Assembly: GCA_049977145.1 (NCBI GenBank)
Contig: JBMFGW010000006.1
Coordinates: 1 to 62,765, forward strand
Length of the DNA stretch: 62,765 nucleotides
Origin: Phycisphaerae bacterium
Lineage (GTDB): Bacteria > Planctomycetota > Phycisphaerae > WQYP01
Direction: 5' to 3'
A program made the position numbers and the translations under genes. Positions 40,192 to 50,962 of this stretch are shown piece by piece. The notes beneath the pieces were generated by a model, which was not told the DNA's origin, ran no database searches, and saw only the letters and a list, made by a program, of their open reading frames with translations. Position 1 is the stretch's first letter. Each line of letters starts with the position of its first letter.

Positions 40192-40701
40192 ATGATTAAC
40201 ATAAAAGTACTCAAGCAGATTCTTCCCAGTATCGCCCCGGCCATGACCGCTTGGGCGGCAACTATGGAACGCCTGGCCATGGAGCAAGGGGCGTCTCTGG
40301 ATTCAATACAATGGAGAGAGGCACTGCGGGCTGGAGTACAGCGTCCGGAGAAAGTGCGAATCATGGACGTGGAGGAACTGCCGCATCCCAATCCGGAATT
40401 AACGCAATTGGCGCATGAAATTGGCGTTATTACGGAAAATACCGAGGGCCTTACCCTTGGATATGGCATTTTTCTCAAAGCCAATATTCCGGATGCCAAA
40501 CGCCGCCTGATCCATCAATTGGTGCATTGTGCCCAATACGAGCGACTGGGCGAACTGCGCCTGTTTATACGCGAATATGTACAGTGCTGCCTTGATTTTG
40601 GTTACGCCCATTCGCCTTATGAATTGGAGGCCGAAGCCCGCACTAATGAAATATTGGCCGATTTTAACACGACCATCATGCCCTGCGCCTCCGATGCGTA
40701 A
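40192..40701 (+). CDS. DUF4157-like zincin-fold protein with HQxxH variant
   Basis: GLTLGYGIF, LIHQLVHCAQYER, YAHSPYELEA. Confidence 0.7.
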   Translation: MINIKVLKQILPSIAPAMTAWAATMERLAMEQGASLDSIQWREALRAGVQRPEKVRIMDVEELPHPNPELTQLAHEIGVITENTEGLTLGYGIFLKANIPDAKRRLIHQLVHCAQYERLGELRLFIREYVQCCLDFGYAHSPYELEAEARTNEILADFNTTIMPCASDA

Positions 40702-40758
40702 CATTGCACACGGGCTGCCTTTTTATCACTATAATACAAGGTGTAAAGAGGTGACGGT

Positions 40759-41979
40759 ATGCATTGGCAACAACCCATTCCCAAACAATACCTGCGGATT
40801 CCACATGCGGAACTACTGGCTAGAATTGCGCAGCGCAAGGCCCAACTGGGCCAACGCCTGGTGATTCTGGGCCACCATTATCAGCAGGATGATGTGGTGC
40901 AATTCGCCGATTTTCTGGGAGATTCTTTTCAACTGTCGCAGGAGGCGGCAAAATTATCGGAAGTGGAATTCATCATCTTCTGCGGAGTGCATTTTATGGC
41001 GGAGGCGGCGGATGTTTTAACCGCCGCCCACCAGAAGGTTATTTTACCGGACCTGGCGGCGGGCTGCTCAATGGCGGACATGGCGCAGCTGGATGATGTT
41101 CAGGATGCCTGGGAGGCCATCAGCGCGGCCAGTGCGGGCGATGCGGATTTTAAGCTCATTCCAATCACCTATATCAATTCCACCGCCGCGGTCAAAAGTT
41201 TCGTGGGAGAACAGGGTGGTGCGGTTTGTACCAGCAGTAATTGTGACAAAGTTTTAAACTGGGCTTTAGCGGGGCAAAAGCCGGGAGAGATTCCACATCG
41301 TAAAATCATTTTCTTCCCGGATCAGCATCTGGGGCGCAATACCGCGTACCACCTGGGGTTTCCATTAGAGTCCATGGTGGTGTGGGATTATCGGCAGTTG
41401 CATGGCGGATTAAGCCCACAGCAGATTCGGGCGGCGACCTTGATTCTCTGGAAGGGCCAATGTAGTGTGCATCAGCTTTTCCGACCGGAACATGTGGATG
41501 ATATACGTCGGCGTGTGCCAGGCGTGAAAGTAATCGTACATCCGGAATGTTGTTGGGAAGTGGTTCAAAAAGCGGACCTGGTTGGATCAACCGATTTCAT
41601 TGGCAAACAAATTGCCGCGGCCCCGGCAGGCAGTCAATGGGCGGTGGGAACGGAAGTCCACATGGTTCAGCGGCTGGCCAAGGCCCACCCGGAACAGACC
41701 ATCGTGGTGCTTTCTGGGTGTCAGTGTTTATGCACCACCATGTATCGCATTGATCCGCTACACCTGCTATATATTCTTGACAATCTGGCGGAAGGCACAG
41801 TGCTAAACCAGATTCAGGTGGACGCCTATGATGCATACTGGTCGCGGGTGAGCTTGCAGCGTATGTTGGATATCACCGCTAACCAGCCCATGGTTCCACC
41901 GCCGGAACCACGCCCGCTCCGACCAAGACAATCCACTCCCCTGCAGGTGGTGGCGATGGCGGCAGCTGTGGGGGTGTAA
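40759..41979 (+). CDS. nadA: Quinolinate synthase
   Basis: GHHYQ, FCGVHFMAE, AGCSMA, YINS, CTSSN, CSVH, HPEC, CTTM. Confidence 0.96.
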   Translation: MHWQQPIPKQYLRIPHAELLARIAQRKAQLGQRLVILGHHYQQDDVVQFADFLGDSFQLSQEAAKLSEVEFIIFCGVHFMAEAADVLTAAHQKVILPDLAAGCSMADMAQLDDVQDAWEAISAASAGDADFKLIPITYINSTAAVKSFVGEQGGAVCTSSNCDKVLNWALAGQKPGEIPHRKIIFFPDQHLGRNTAYHLGFPLESMVVWDYRQLHGGLSPQQIRAATLILWKGQCSVHQLFRPEHVDDIRRRVPGVKVIVHPECCWEVVQKADLVGSTDFIGKQIAAAPAGSQWAVGTEVHMVQRLAKAHPEQTIVVLSGCQCLCTTMYRIDPLHLLYILDNLAEGTVLNQIQVDAYDAYWSRVSLQRMLDITANQPMVPPPEPRPLRPRQSTPLQVVAMAAAVGV

Positions 41980-42117
41980 TACTTTACGCGGTTCGAGTAA
42001 AGCCGAGAGACTGCAACGGCAGCTTATTTGCAGCAGCTTATTTGAGATTTCCCATGCTTCAGATGGTCCCGTTATAATGCACTATGGATTTTGTGAACGA
42101 AAGAGGCGGAAGTATTG

Positions 42118-43365
42118 ATGCGTATAGTCAACATTATCACTTTGTCCATGCTCTTGGCGGTCACTGGTCGCGTGGCGGCGGGTTCGGACACTGCGCCGAC
42201 AGTAAACCAGGACGCTTATATTTCCGGCTATGTTTCTGCGGGTCTACAAATAAAATTTCATCTGCAACACGCCCAGGTGGTCGTGCATGCGGGGCAGGTG
42301 AAAATCGCCGATGTTCCGGTGTCCCGGGAAAATGACATCAGGCGATTCGTACGGAATATCAAGGGGGTAAGGACGGTGGTGTTCACCCCAACGGTAAAGA
42401 TACCGCAAAAAGTGCCAACGGCGGCGGCAACCAACGTGTCCAGTACGCCAATACTTGGGAAAAACCTCGGCACCATGCCTCCGGTCCAAGCGCAATACGC
42501 CAATCCATCTTCTGAAAACTACCGCATTGGCATGGATACCAGGGCCATGGAACGCGCTAATGTCTATCATTTACCCACGGGCTTTCTACCGCCGGGGCGC
42601 TTATTTCAACCACTGCTTGCTGATCCCAAGTGGCCCGTATTTAGCGTTTCGTATACGCATTATTCCCCTTATCACCCCAACGGTCTGAAGGATGTGATTC
42701 CTGTGAGTATCGGGGACACGATTCCTTTCGAGCGCGGCGACGGGCCGGATCAATGGCAGTGGGAAGCCGGGATGCAGGCAGATGCCTTCGCCTATTTCAA
42801 TATGGACACGACACACGCTGATCTGCAAAACACCGATTTCATGGTAGGCGGATATTTGGCGGTCCGACGGCGCAATATTTCTTTTCTGGTGCGGTATTAC
42901 CACCAAAGCTCACATCTGGGTGATGAATTTCTGATTGCCAACCCCGCGTATTATTATGGCCTGCGTCAAAAAATAAGCTATGAGGAACTCAACGCCCTGG
43001 CCTCCATTGATTTGTGGCATCGGATGATCCGGCTATACGCGGGGGCAGGTTATCTCGGTGATGTGGCCCCATCCAACCTGGGACATTGGCGGTTTCACTA
43101 TGGCGTGGAATATCATGGCCCATTTTTCTTCCATAAAGGTTCCTGCTACATGGCTCCGGTGGCCGGCCTCGATTTTAAAAACTGGAACGAAAATAATTAT
43201 GACACCGATATTTCCGCAGTGGGCGGCATTCAGTTAACCAATGGCAAACCGGATAGTTCCAAACTGCAACTGCTGCTGGAATATTACCATGGCCATTCCC
43301 CGTATGGGCAATTTTTTGTTAATGAAATTCAGTACCTCGGCGTAGGCGTGCATTTTTATTTCTGA
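42118..43365 (+). CDS. DUF1207-like outer-membrane protein
   Basis: Signal peptide, LFQPLLADPKWP, YHQSSHLGDEF, YYHGHSPYGQFF, C-terminal Phe. Confidence 0.8.
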   Translation: MRIVNIITLSMLLAVTGRVAAGSDTAPTVNQDAYISGYVSAGLQIKFHLQHAQVVVHAGQVKIADVPVSRENDIRRFVRNIKGVRTVVFTPTVKIPQKVPTAAATNVSSTPILGKNLGTMPPVQAQYANPSSENYRIGMDTRAMERANVYHLPTGFLPPGRLFQPLLADPKWPVFSVSYTHYSPYHPNGLKDVIPVSIGDTIPFERGDGPDQWQWEAGMQADAFAYFNMDTTHADLQNTDFMVGGYLAVRRRNISFLVRYYHQSSHLGDEFLIANPAYYYGLRQKISYEELNALASIDLWHRMIRLYAGAGYLGDVAPSNLGHWRFHYGVEYHGPFFFHKGSCYMAPVAGLDFKNWNENNYDTDISAVGGIQLTNGKPDSSKLQLLLEYYHGHSPYGQFFVNEIQYLGVGVHFYF

Positions 43366-43445
43366 TTTTCGGCGTGCAGATCATCTCGTGATTTACAACG
43401 CCATGTGGCATTTCGCGGAATCTCCCCAGCCCACCGCCCTGCTGG

Positions 43446-44576
43446 TCAGGAAACGCGCGGAGTAAATTCACTTATATCGACGCATGTTTGGCCCGTGGTA
43501 ATTAATTCCGCCATCAGTTGGCCCGACAAGGGCGCCAGGCCGACGCCAATTTTGAAATGGCCTGCACAAATAAACACGTTATCCAACGCCGGTGATTTAC
43601 CTATTACCGGACGACGCTTAGGCCCATTGGGCCGCAACCCGGCCCACACACGCTCCACTACCGCGGATTTCAGAGCCGGCACGATAGCCATGGCTCCATG
43701 CAGCAGAAAATTCAATCCCTCCGCGGTATTGGTAACATCAAAGCCCGCTTCTGGTTCGGTAGTTGACCCTACGAGAATCTGTCCATCCGGCCAAGGTACC
43801 AGAAAAATTTTTCCGCTTTTGACAATGTGGCCAATGACCGCTTGACGCACTCGCAATAACAAGGCCTGCCCCTTCGCGGGTGTAATCCGTGGGGACATTT
43901 CCACGCCTGCGGTGATGGCGGGTACTCCGATCCCGGCACAAAGCACAAATGTATCCGCCGCGTAATGTTTTATACCTGCGTGGGCCGTAACTGCCCGCTT
44001 GCCCGAGGTTTGCAACCGATCAATGCGCACACCCTCCTCAATATGCACTCCGGCGTTGGCGCACGCCGTCACCAGTGCCGCCAGTAACTGCGCCACGTTG
44101 ACTTGGCCGGACCATCGGCAAAGTTGCGCACCATACGGTGCGGCGGCAATCTCCGGCTCATATTCTCGGGTTGCAACTGGAGAAAGGACTTCCATTACCG
44201 GTTTATCACCCACCGCCGGCCAAGCCGCATTGGCCGCCGCCGCCTGCTCGACGGCCACTCGATTAGCTTTCTCGGAGTTAAGCAATTCCACTTTGCCGCG
44301 TCGCAAGTAATCCACATGCAGACCTGAGGCCGCGTGGAGCGATTGGATAAAAGGCTCATATTCCCAAAGACTTTGGCGATGCAGTTGCTGCATTGCTCCG
44401 GCATGCGCCATGGGTGGCGGCCACAATGCCCCCAGCGCCGCCCGGCTGGCTCCCTGTCCACAGCGCCCCTGTTCCAGCAACGTAACCGACAGTTTTCGTT
44501 GGGCCAGATACCACGCCGTTGCTAAGCCAATGACGCCTCCGCCGATGACTGCAACATCGCGTACCTGATCGACCAT
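43446..44576 (-). CDS. thiO: FAD-dependent glycine oxidase / D-amino-acid oxidase family protein (ThiO-like)
   Basis: VIGGGVIG, ASRAALG, PAKGQ, VGSTTE, WAGLRP, GHFKIGVGLAP. No thiamine genes adjacent, so the symbol is tentative. Confidence 0.75.
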   Translation of the reverse strand: MVDQVRDVAVIGGGVIGLATAWYLAQRKLSVTLLEQGRCGQGASRAALGALWPPPMAHAGAMQQLHRQSLWEYEPFIQSLHAASGLHVDYLRRGKVELLNSEKANRVAVEQAAAANAAWPAVGDKPVMEVLSPVATREYEPEIAAAPYGAQLCRWSGQVNVAQLLAALVTACANAGVHIEEGVRIDRLQTSGKRAVTAHAGIKHYAADTFVLCAGIGVPAITAGVEMSPRITPAKGQALLLRVRQAVIGHIVKSGKIFLVPWPDGQILVGSTTEPEAGFDVTNTAEGLNFLLHGAMAIVPALKSAVVERVWAGLRPNGPKRRPVIGKSPALDNVFICAGHFKIGVGLAPLSGQLMAELITTGQTCVDISEFTPRVS

Positions 44577-44786
44577 AAAAGGCTCCTGACAAACCACACC
44601 AAGGTTTATATACTGCCCGCCCCATGCCGATTTTACAAGCTGTTTCGGCGATAGCACGCCCCCATTTATTACGGCATGACCATAGCTGAACTGGTGTTGA
44701 TATTCGCAAGAAAATCGCCCGGCCATGCCGGGCGAGCAATGAACTGGACTGCTTAACACAATGACGGTTGGGCGATTTGATTAGCT

Positions 44787-45557
44787 TTATTGATAGAAGT
44801 TCATTATGCCCAGAAAGCTATAGCCGAGATGCATCTCGTTCAAATTTTTCCAACTAACCGAGCCATCGTTATACAGGGTATTGCCGCCATCGGGCTGCCC
44901 GTTTGTCGAAACCAAGTGATTGGAGACCGGCAGCGGGCCGGGCCAATTCCAGTTTCCGACCCAGTTGGCGGTTATATCGCCGGCCAGAATGCTGGCACCA
45001 GAATCGATAGGCGTCTGTGTAAATTGCACCAGGTTATCCGTATTGGGATTACGGCCAAAAATGGATTCCTTAATCTTATAATAGTAGCAGTAACCATACG
45101 CGACATTACCCCAATTAATTACGCCGCCTTTCTTTACCAGAGCCGGCAGATACTCGCCATACACGCTGCAATACGGACCATAAAATCCGGGTTGTGAACA
45201 ATAAAACATGGTCGGATCGGTGATCATCCGCGTGGTGTACAATAGGCCCAGCCCGGCCGGCGCCGGCTGGCCGTTGGCCTGCACGCCGTTGATCATGGAT
45301 TGGAAGGGTCTTTCAAAACCCGTCGGTGCCAACTGGGAATTAACGGGATACTGATTGCGGTTATTGGCGGCATAAATTGCAATGGCCTGCCCAATGGATC
45401 GCAAATTAGCAGCGCACTGTACCCGTTGAGCCAGGCCGCGCGCCCGGCTTAGCGCCGGCACCAATAACGAAATCATCATGGCAATGATGGTCATGACTAT
45501 CAACAGCTCAATGATCGTGAAGGCCCCGTATTTCTTGCTATTGCGACCGTATAACAT
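44787..45557 (-). CDS. Prepilin-type N-methylation / DUF1559 H-X9-DG family protein
   Basis: AFTIIELLIVMTIIAMMISLLVPAL, QCAANLRSIG, NH...GGNTLYNDGSV. Confidence 0.9.
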   Translation of the reverse strand: MLYGRNSKKYGAFTIIELLIVMTIIAMMISLLVPALSRARGLAQRVQCAANLRSIGQAIAIYAANNRNQYPVNSQLAPTGFERPFQSMINGVQANGQPAPAGLGLLYTTRMITDPTMFYCSQPGFYGPYCSVYGEYLPALVKKGGVINWGNVAYGYCYYYKIKESIFGRNPNTDNLVQFTQTPIDSGASILAGDITANWVGNWNWPGPLPVSNHLVSTNGQPDGGNTLYNDGSVSWKNLNEMHLGYSFLGIMNFYQ

Positions 45558-45979
45558 GAATTGTTACTCCCTTGACACCGCCGCAGCGGCATACACAATT
45601 GCCGGGACGCCAAGCGGCGCCCAAACACATACAACAAACCTCAAACCACATTCTCATCGCGCTGGCTGACAGGAAGCATGACGATGAGCAATTGCCTGAT
45701 CGATCTGATTCTCTCACAGGCACCGCATCCATCTATCGGCAGATCCACCGCCAATCTTTGAACTTTTGCGATCTTATCCTCAACTGTTTATGTATATCCG
45801 ATAAAAGCGGTTCCACCGCCCCACAATCGCCAGTCCGAGAAATATGTCATCCCGCGGCTAGTCCGCGCATGGACGAGGTTAAGGTGGAATATACCGGGAC
45901 TGACAGCGTAGAATAATTGGTGTGGTGATAAAGCTGGTCTTGGTGAATTACCTGACTATACTATTATCAAAGGAAATGT

Positions 45980-46564
45980 ATGAACCGTAGCAATACTTTG
46001 AAACGTCATAAATCGAAGGCTCCCGTCATACGCACACCCGTAGCCGCCCCGCGGCCTGACCCGGAAACAATGGGCGTGATGGTGTGGCCGGAATCGGTGC
46101 TGACACGGCGGGCCTACGCTGTGGAGAAAATTGATCCGTGGTTGCTGCGGGTTATTGAACGGATGAAATATCTTATGGAATCCCATGAAGGAATCGGCTT
46201 GGCGGCGCCGCAAGTTGGTCTATCCCTGCGGCTGTTTGTGATGACGGAAAAGGCCAAGGCGGCGGAAGCCATCGCGGTAATCAACCCGGTATTGGAACTA
46301 GAATCCGAAATGGAGGAAGCGGAAGAAGGGTGCCTGTCCCTGCCGGGAATTCGCGGCCCCATTACACGGGCCAAACGCATTACCCTTACCGGTTACGATC
46401 CGCAAGGCGCCCCACTTTCCCTACCCTTGGAAGGCTTGCCCGCGCGGATTGCGCAGCATGAAGGCGATCACCTTGATGGGGTGCTGATTATCTCCCGGAT
46501 GCCGACAGCCGCGCGAATCGCCGTGGGTAAAAAACTCCGTGCATTGGAGGAGCAAGCGAGATAG
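45980..46564 (+). CDS. def: Peptide deformylase
   Basis: GIGLAAPQVG, EGCLS, QHEGDH. Confidence 0.95.
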   Translation: MNRSNTLKRHKSKAPVIRTPVAAPRPDPETMGVMVWPESVLTRRAYAVEKIDPWLLRVIERMKYLMESHEGIGLAAPQVGLSLRLFVMTEKAKAAEAIAVINPVLELESEMEEAEEGCLSLPGIRGPITRAKRITLTGYDPQGAPLSLPLEGLPARIAQHEGDHLDGVLIISRMPTAARIAVGKKLRALEEQAR

Positions 46565-46821
46565 TTCTCTCCTTGGCATCGCAATGCAGTGGTCCGTACA
46601 GGACTTATGGACAAATCTCCGCCACGCGAACGCGGCGGTTCCCAGGCGGATACCAATCACCGCTGTGCAAATTATTCGTGGAATCACCATGCGATTGCCT
46701 TGGCGACAAGGTGGATGAAATTCTTCCGTGCTTGTATTATTGGTTCACAAGTTGTGCAAGATGTACTGCGATTGTCGGTGCAATCATGGTACGCTTTCAC
46801 CCATAACGAAAAGGAAAACAC

Positions 46822-49395
46822 ATGAAAGCTAATTTGTTAAAAATGGGTTTCGTCGGCCTTGCCGCCTTGGCCGCGCTGACATGGCCAGGGATCAACACGT
46901 CCCACGCCGCGGATGCGGGCGAATATATTCCCACCGGTCTAACCCCCGCGCAGGTGGAGGCTAAAGCGGATGCGATCTTGGCTAAAATGACCCTGCGGGA
47001 AAAGATACATTTACTGGCGGGTAATGGCAGCATGTGCACCCGGCAGGTTCCCAAATTGAATATTCCCCGGCTCAATATGAGCGATGCTTCCATCGGCGTG
47101 CGCGTCTATGGTCCTTCAACCGCTTATCCCGCATCGGTGTGTCTGGCCGCCACATGGAATCCCAAACTTGCCTTGCAAGAAGGGCAGGCTTTAGGTTCCG
47201 ACGCCCGCGCCCGTGGCGTGAACATCATTCTCGGCCCCGGCATGTGCATTACCCGCGAACCACAATGCGGCCGCAATTTCGAATATGTCGGAGAAGATCC
47301 TTATCTGGCCGGCCAAATAGTGGCACCGTGGATACGCGGGCTGCAATCACAGAATGTCGCGGCCTGTGCCAAACATTTTGTCGGCAATGAACAGGAAACC
47401 CATCGCTACGCCGGTCGCACTTTTGCCGGCGGCATCAATACTATTATCACCCGCCGCGCCCTGCAGGAAATCTATCTCCCGCCATTTCGCGCGGCGGTCC
47501 GGCAGGGACATGTCTGGACGATTATGGCGGCGTACAACAAGCTCAACGGCTATCAATGCAGCGCCAACCGCTATCTGCTGACGGATGTTCTGCGGCATCA
47601 ATGGGGGTTCAAAGGTGTGTTAATGTCCGACTGGGGAGCAACGCACGCTACGCTGCGTCCCATGGCTGCCGGTCTGGATTTGGAAATGCCGAATAACCAA
47701 TATTATAACTATCAGACCATTAAACCACTGGTAAAAAGTAAACAGATTACCGTACATGAAATTAACCAGCACGTCCGGCGATTGTTGCGCATGATAATTG
47801 CAATGGGCTTTACACATAAGCGTGTGGAAAATCAACACATCCCGCTAAACAACCCTAAAAGCGCGGCGGTCGCGTTCAAAGTAGCATCAGAAGGCACGGT
47901 TTTGCTAAAAAACAAAGGCGGCATTCTTCCCCTGCGCCGCGCGTCCATTCATACCATTGCGGTTATCGGCCCGATGGCCACCCCGGCGGTCTGGTGCGGC
48001 GGCGGCAGTGCGTATGCTCCGTCGATTGTAAATCCCGTGAGCATGTTGGCCGCGATTCGGAAAGCGGCCGGGCCGCAGGTACGGGTGGTTCGCATTCCAT
48101 TTAATGCCAAGCTCGCTCGTTTCTGGGGCTTAGGCACGTACACGACCCCCGACGGCAAGCCGGGATTGCAGGCTGAATATTTCGCCAACGACCGGTTGGC
48201 GGGCAAACCCGTATTAACCCGTGTGGATCAGCGAATTGGTTTTAATTGGGGACAGTTTTTTCCCATCACCGCTCCGGACGCCAAGTTTTCCGTACTTTGG
48301 ACCGGGAGTATAACGCCTAAAACCTCGGGCGTTTATCTATTCACAGCTGGCGCTTATGGACCTTGCCGCGTCTATCTTAATGGCCACCGGATCATCAAAA
48401 TCCGCTATCGCATCCGTCAGACCAACTCTCCATTTACCCATAAGTTGGTAGGCTTACGACTCCAAGCCGGTAAAGTTTATCATCTGCGGGTTGAGTATTT
48501 CAATCGTAACTGGAATGCGCAAATGGAATTCGGCTGGTTACCCGAAGGCAATGAATTACTGACCGCAAGCCAGAAACAGATCATCAAACATGCGAATGTG
48601 GTCATTGCCTGTATGGGCTACGGCCCCAATGTTGAGCATGAAGGTGCGGATCACACCTATCACCTCTGGCCCCCCCAAGATCAATATCTCCGTGAAGCCG
48701 CCGGATTAAATCCCCATACCATTGTCGTGCTTAACGCCGGTGCCGAGGTTGGCATGGCCCCCTGGATTCACCGCATCGCCGGTCTGGTGGATGCGTGGTA
48801 TCCCGGCGAAAATGGCAACAATGCGGTGGCTGATATTCTTTTTGGCAAAATCAATCCCAGTGGCCGACTGCCGGACAGCTTTGGAAAACATTGGCGCGAT
48901 GACGCAGCCTATGGTCATTTTCCCGGCCATGACGGGCAGGTTAATTTTGCGGAAGGCATTTATGTCGGTTATCGCTGGTTTGACAAGCGGCATATACAAC
49001 CGCGTTTCTGTTTCGGTGATGGTCTTTCCTACACCACATTTTCCTTTGGGGCTTTAACGCTTACCGCGCATGGCCATGGTAAAAACCGGGTTATTGACGT
49101 GGCCGTCCCGGTTACCAATACTGGGAAAATGGCGGGCAGCGAAGTGGTACAACTCTACGTGCGCCCGATGGAAGACCGTGTGAATCGTTGTGTACAGACA
49201 TTACGGGCCTTCGCACGCGTCAAGCTAAAGCCGGGCCAAACCGCAACGGCGCACATGCAGTTGCATTGGAAGGATTTTGCATTTTATGATTCGGCCCAAA
49301 GCCTGTGGAAAGTTCCCGCCGGTAAGTACCAGATTGCCGTGGGATCGTCCAGCCGTGACACGCCCGTTACGGCAACCATCAAGCTACGGGAGTAA
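46822..49395 (+). CDS. Exported GH3 beta-glucosidase with PA14 and FnIII-like domains
   Basis: Signal peptide, GRNFEY, KHF, MSDWG nucleophile, VLLKN, EGAD, YVGYRWFD, SEVVQLY. Confidence 0.93.
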   Translation: MKANLLKMGFVGLAALAALTWPGINTSHAADAGEYIPTGLTPAQVEAKADAILAKMTLREKIHLLAGNGSMCTRQVPKLNIPRLNMSDASIGVRVYGPSTAYPASVCLAATWNPKLALQEGQALGSDARARGVNIILGPGMCITREPQCGRNFEYVGEDPYLAGQIVAPWIRGLQSQNVAACAKHFVGNEQETHRYAGRTFAGGINTIITRRALQEIYLPPFRAAVRQGHVWTIMAAYNKLNGYQCSANRYLLTDVLRHQWGFKGVLMSDWGATHATLRPMAAGLDLEMPNNQYYNYQTIKPLVKSKQITVHEINQHVRRLLRMIIAMGFTHKRVENQHIPLNNPKSAAVAFKVASEGTVLLKNKGGILPLRRASIHTIAVIGPMATPAVWCGGGSAYAPSIVNPVSMLAAIRKAAGPQVRVVRIPFNAKLARFWGLGTYTTPDGKPGLQAEYFANDRLAGKPVLTRVDQRIGFNWGQFFPITAPDAKFSVLWTGSITPKTSGVYLFTAGAYGPCRVYLNGHRIIKIRYRIRQTNSPFTHKLVGLRLQAGKVYHLRVEYFNRNWNAQMEFGWLPEGNELLTASQKQIIKHANVVIACMGYGPNVEHEGADHTYHLWPPQDQYLREAAGLNPHTIVVLNAGAEVGMAPWIHRIAGLVDAWYPGENGNNAVADILFGKINPSGRLPDSFGKHWRDDAAYGHFPGHDGQVNFAEGIYVGYRWFDKRHIQPRFCFGDGLSYTTFSFGALTLTAHGHGKNRVIDVAVPVTNTGKMAGSEVVQLYVRPMEDRVNRCVQTLRAFARVKLKPGQTATAHMQLHWKDFAFYDSAQSLWKVPAGKYQIAVGSSSRDTPVTATIKLRE

Positions 49396-49398
49396 CCG

Positions 49399-50052
49399 GT
49401 GGTTCCGGCTATCACGATTGAGCATTTTGCGGCCCGCTATGCGGTATTGCTGCAATCGTGGTCGCAACTGCTTTGGCTGTGGGACCTCGCGCTGCTGTCG
49501 CTGGGATTAGTATTCCTTTTTACCGCCCGCCGCAGTTATCGCACCCTGATCATGGCGAATTGTGCGGCCTTGGGTTGGTACTTAGCGATGTTTCTGGCCC
49601 ATTGGTCGTGGATCGCCGGTGCCGTGGCGGCACTGATTGGCACGGTGCTGGGAGTGTTGCTGGTACCGATGATGCGCATCGCATTGTTTATTTCGGGTGC
49701 CATTGCGGGCGGTGCGGTAGGCATGGCACTGTGGCACGTTTGCAAACAGTCTCCGGATTATCGGTGGGTGCCAGCGATGCTGGGGGTTATTGTGTTGGGC
49801 ATCGCGGGGCTGTATATATTTGATATTATGGCAGTGTTATTTTGCACACTGGAAGGCAGCATTTTGATCGTCATAGGGGCCACCGGATTGATCTTACGTT
49901 ATGGCACGGCTAATTTACGTCATGCGTATGCGGTCAATATCAGCGGCCATCCGATAAATTTGTTGGCGGTGATTATCGGCATAACGTGCATAGGACTGCT
50001 GGTGCAATTAAGTTTTACCACCGCCAGTAAGGATAAATCCGCCGCGGAATAA
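49399..50052 (+). CDS. Multi-pass membrane protein (DUF4203-like)
   Basis: About seven hydrophobic Gly-rich helices. Confidence 0.7.
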   Translation: MVPAITIEHFAARYAVLLQSWSQLLWLWDLALLSLGLVFLFTARRSYRTLIMANCAALGWYLAMFLAHWSWIAGAVAALIGTVLGVLLVPMMRIALFISGAIAGGAVGMALWHVCKQSPDYRWVPAMLGVIVLGIAGLYIFDIMAVLFCTLEGSILIVIGATGLILRYGTANLRHAYAVNISGHPINLLAVIIGITCIGLLVQLSFTTASKDKSAAE

Positions 50053-50115
50053 TGTCCGCTACGCACCACACTGACATCGCCTTTGGTTGAGCACGCACTT
50101 TCGCAAAGGAACTTG

Positions 50116-50910
50116 ATGAAACATCAGAATTCATCCCCCATGCTGCCGCTGCTGGCCGTTGAACCGCTGGCACTTGATCTGCGTGCCGCTGCCCAGAGCG
50201 CGAAAACCTGGGGATATGGCGGCTTGGCCATCGGCATTGGCCATCCGGAATTGCATCATAAGGATTTTGGCGCTACCGCCCGGCGTCATTTTCGCCACCT
50301 CCTTGCCAGGCTGGGATTGACACTGGGAGTCTTGCGTGTTGGTGCCGGAAAGGCGGGCGCGTTTAATTCCGCAACATCACAAAAACTTCTTGATGATGCT
50401 CTGGCCGCCTGCGACTTGGCCCACAGCCTGCAAACGCCCCTGATCTCTGTTTACATTGGTGAACCGACTGATGATCAAACTACCACCGGCGATGTAATGG
50501 AAATATGCCACACGCTGGCGGTGCATGCCGATTGCACGGGTGTGGTCGTGGCACTTTCCTGTGGCCGCACTGCGTGGCTGCTTAAAGTTCTCTCCGATAT
50601 AGAGGCCCCTTCCCTCGCGGCCAATCTCGACTCGGTGCGTATTGTCGCCGCCGGCGGTTCTCCACCGGAAGCCGCCGCAATTTTGGCGGGACGTATTGCC
50701 CTGTGGACCTGTGCCGATGCGATCCGTTCCGGTTTGACACTGCAAAGCGCGCCGCTGGGATCAGGCCATGCCGCCGGCCAGCAGGTGTTGCATATTCTTA
50801 GAGAGCAGGATTATACCGGACCTGTTGTGGTCGATGTCCGTGATCTACCGCAACCACCCCAAGCCGCCGAATACGCCTATACGCAACTCAAACATTGGAT
50901 GCTCACCTGA
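50116..50910 (+). CDS. Sugar-phosphate isomerase/epimerase (AP2-like TIM barrel) family protein, degenerate
   Basis: Overall layout (GYGGL, ANLD, PLGSG, DYTGPVVV); canonical metal ligands look substituted. Confidence 0.7.
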   Translation: MKHQNSSPMLPLLAVEPLALDLRAAAQSAKTWGYGGLAIGIGHPELHHKDFGATARRHFRHLLARLGLTLGVLRVGAGKAGAFNSATSQKLLDDALAACDLAHSLQTPLISVYIGEPTDDQTTTGDVMEICHTLAVHADCTGVVVALSCGRTAWLLKVLSDIEAPSLAANLDSVRIVAAGGSPPEAAAILAGRIALWTCADAIRSGLTLQSAPLGSGHAAGQQVLHILREQDYTGPVVVDVRDLPQPPQAAEYAYTQLKHWMLT

Positions 50911-50962
50911 CTGTCGGCCAAGTGGTTCCACCATTATCGCCCCCACCACCGATTCTTAGGAT

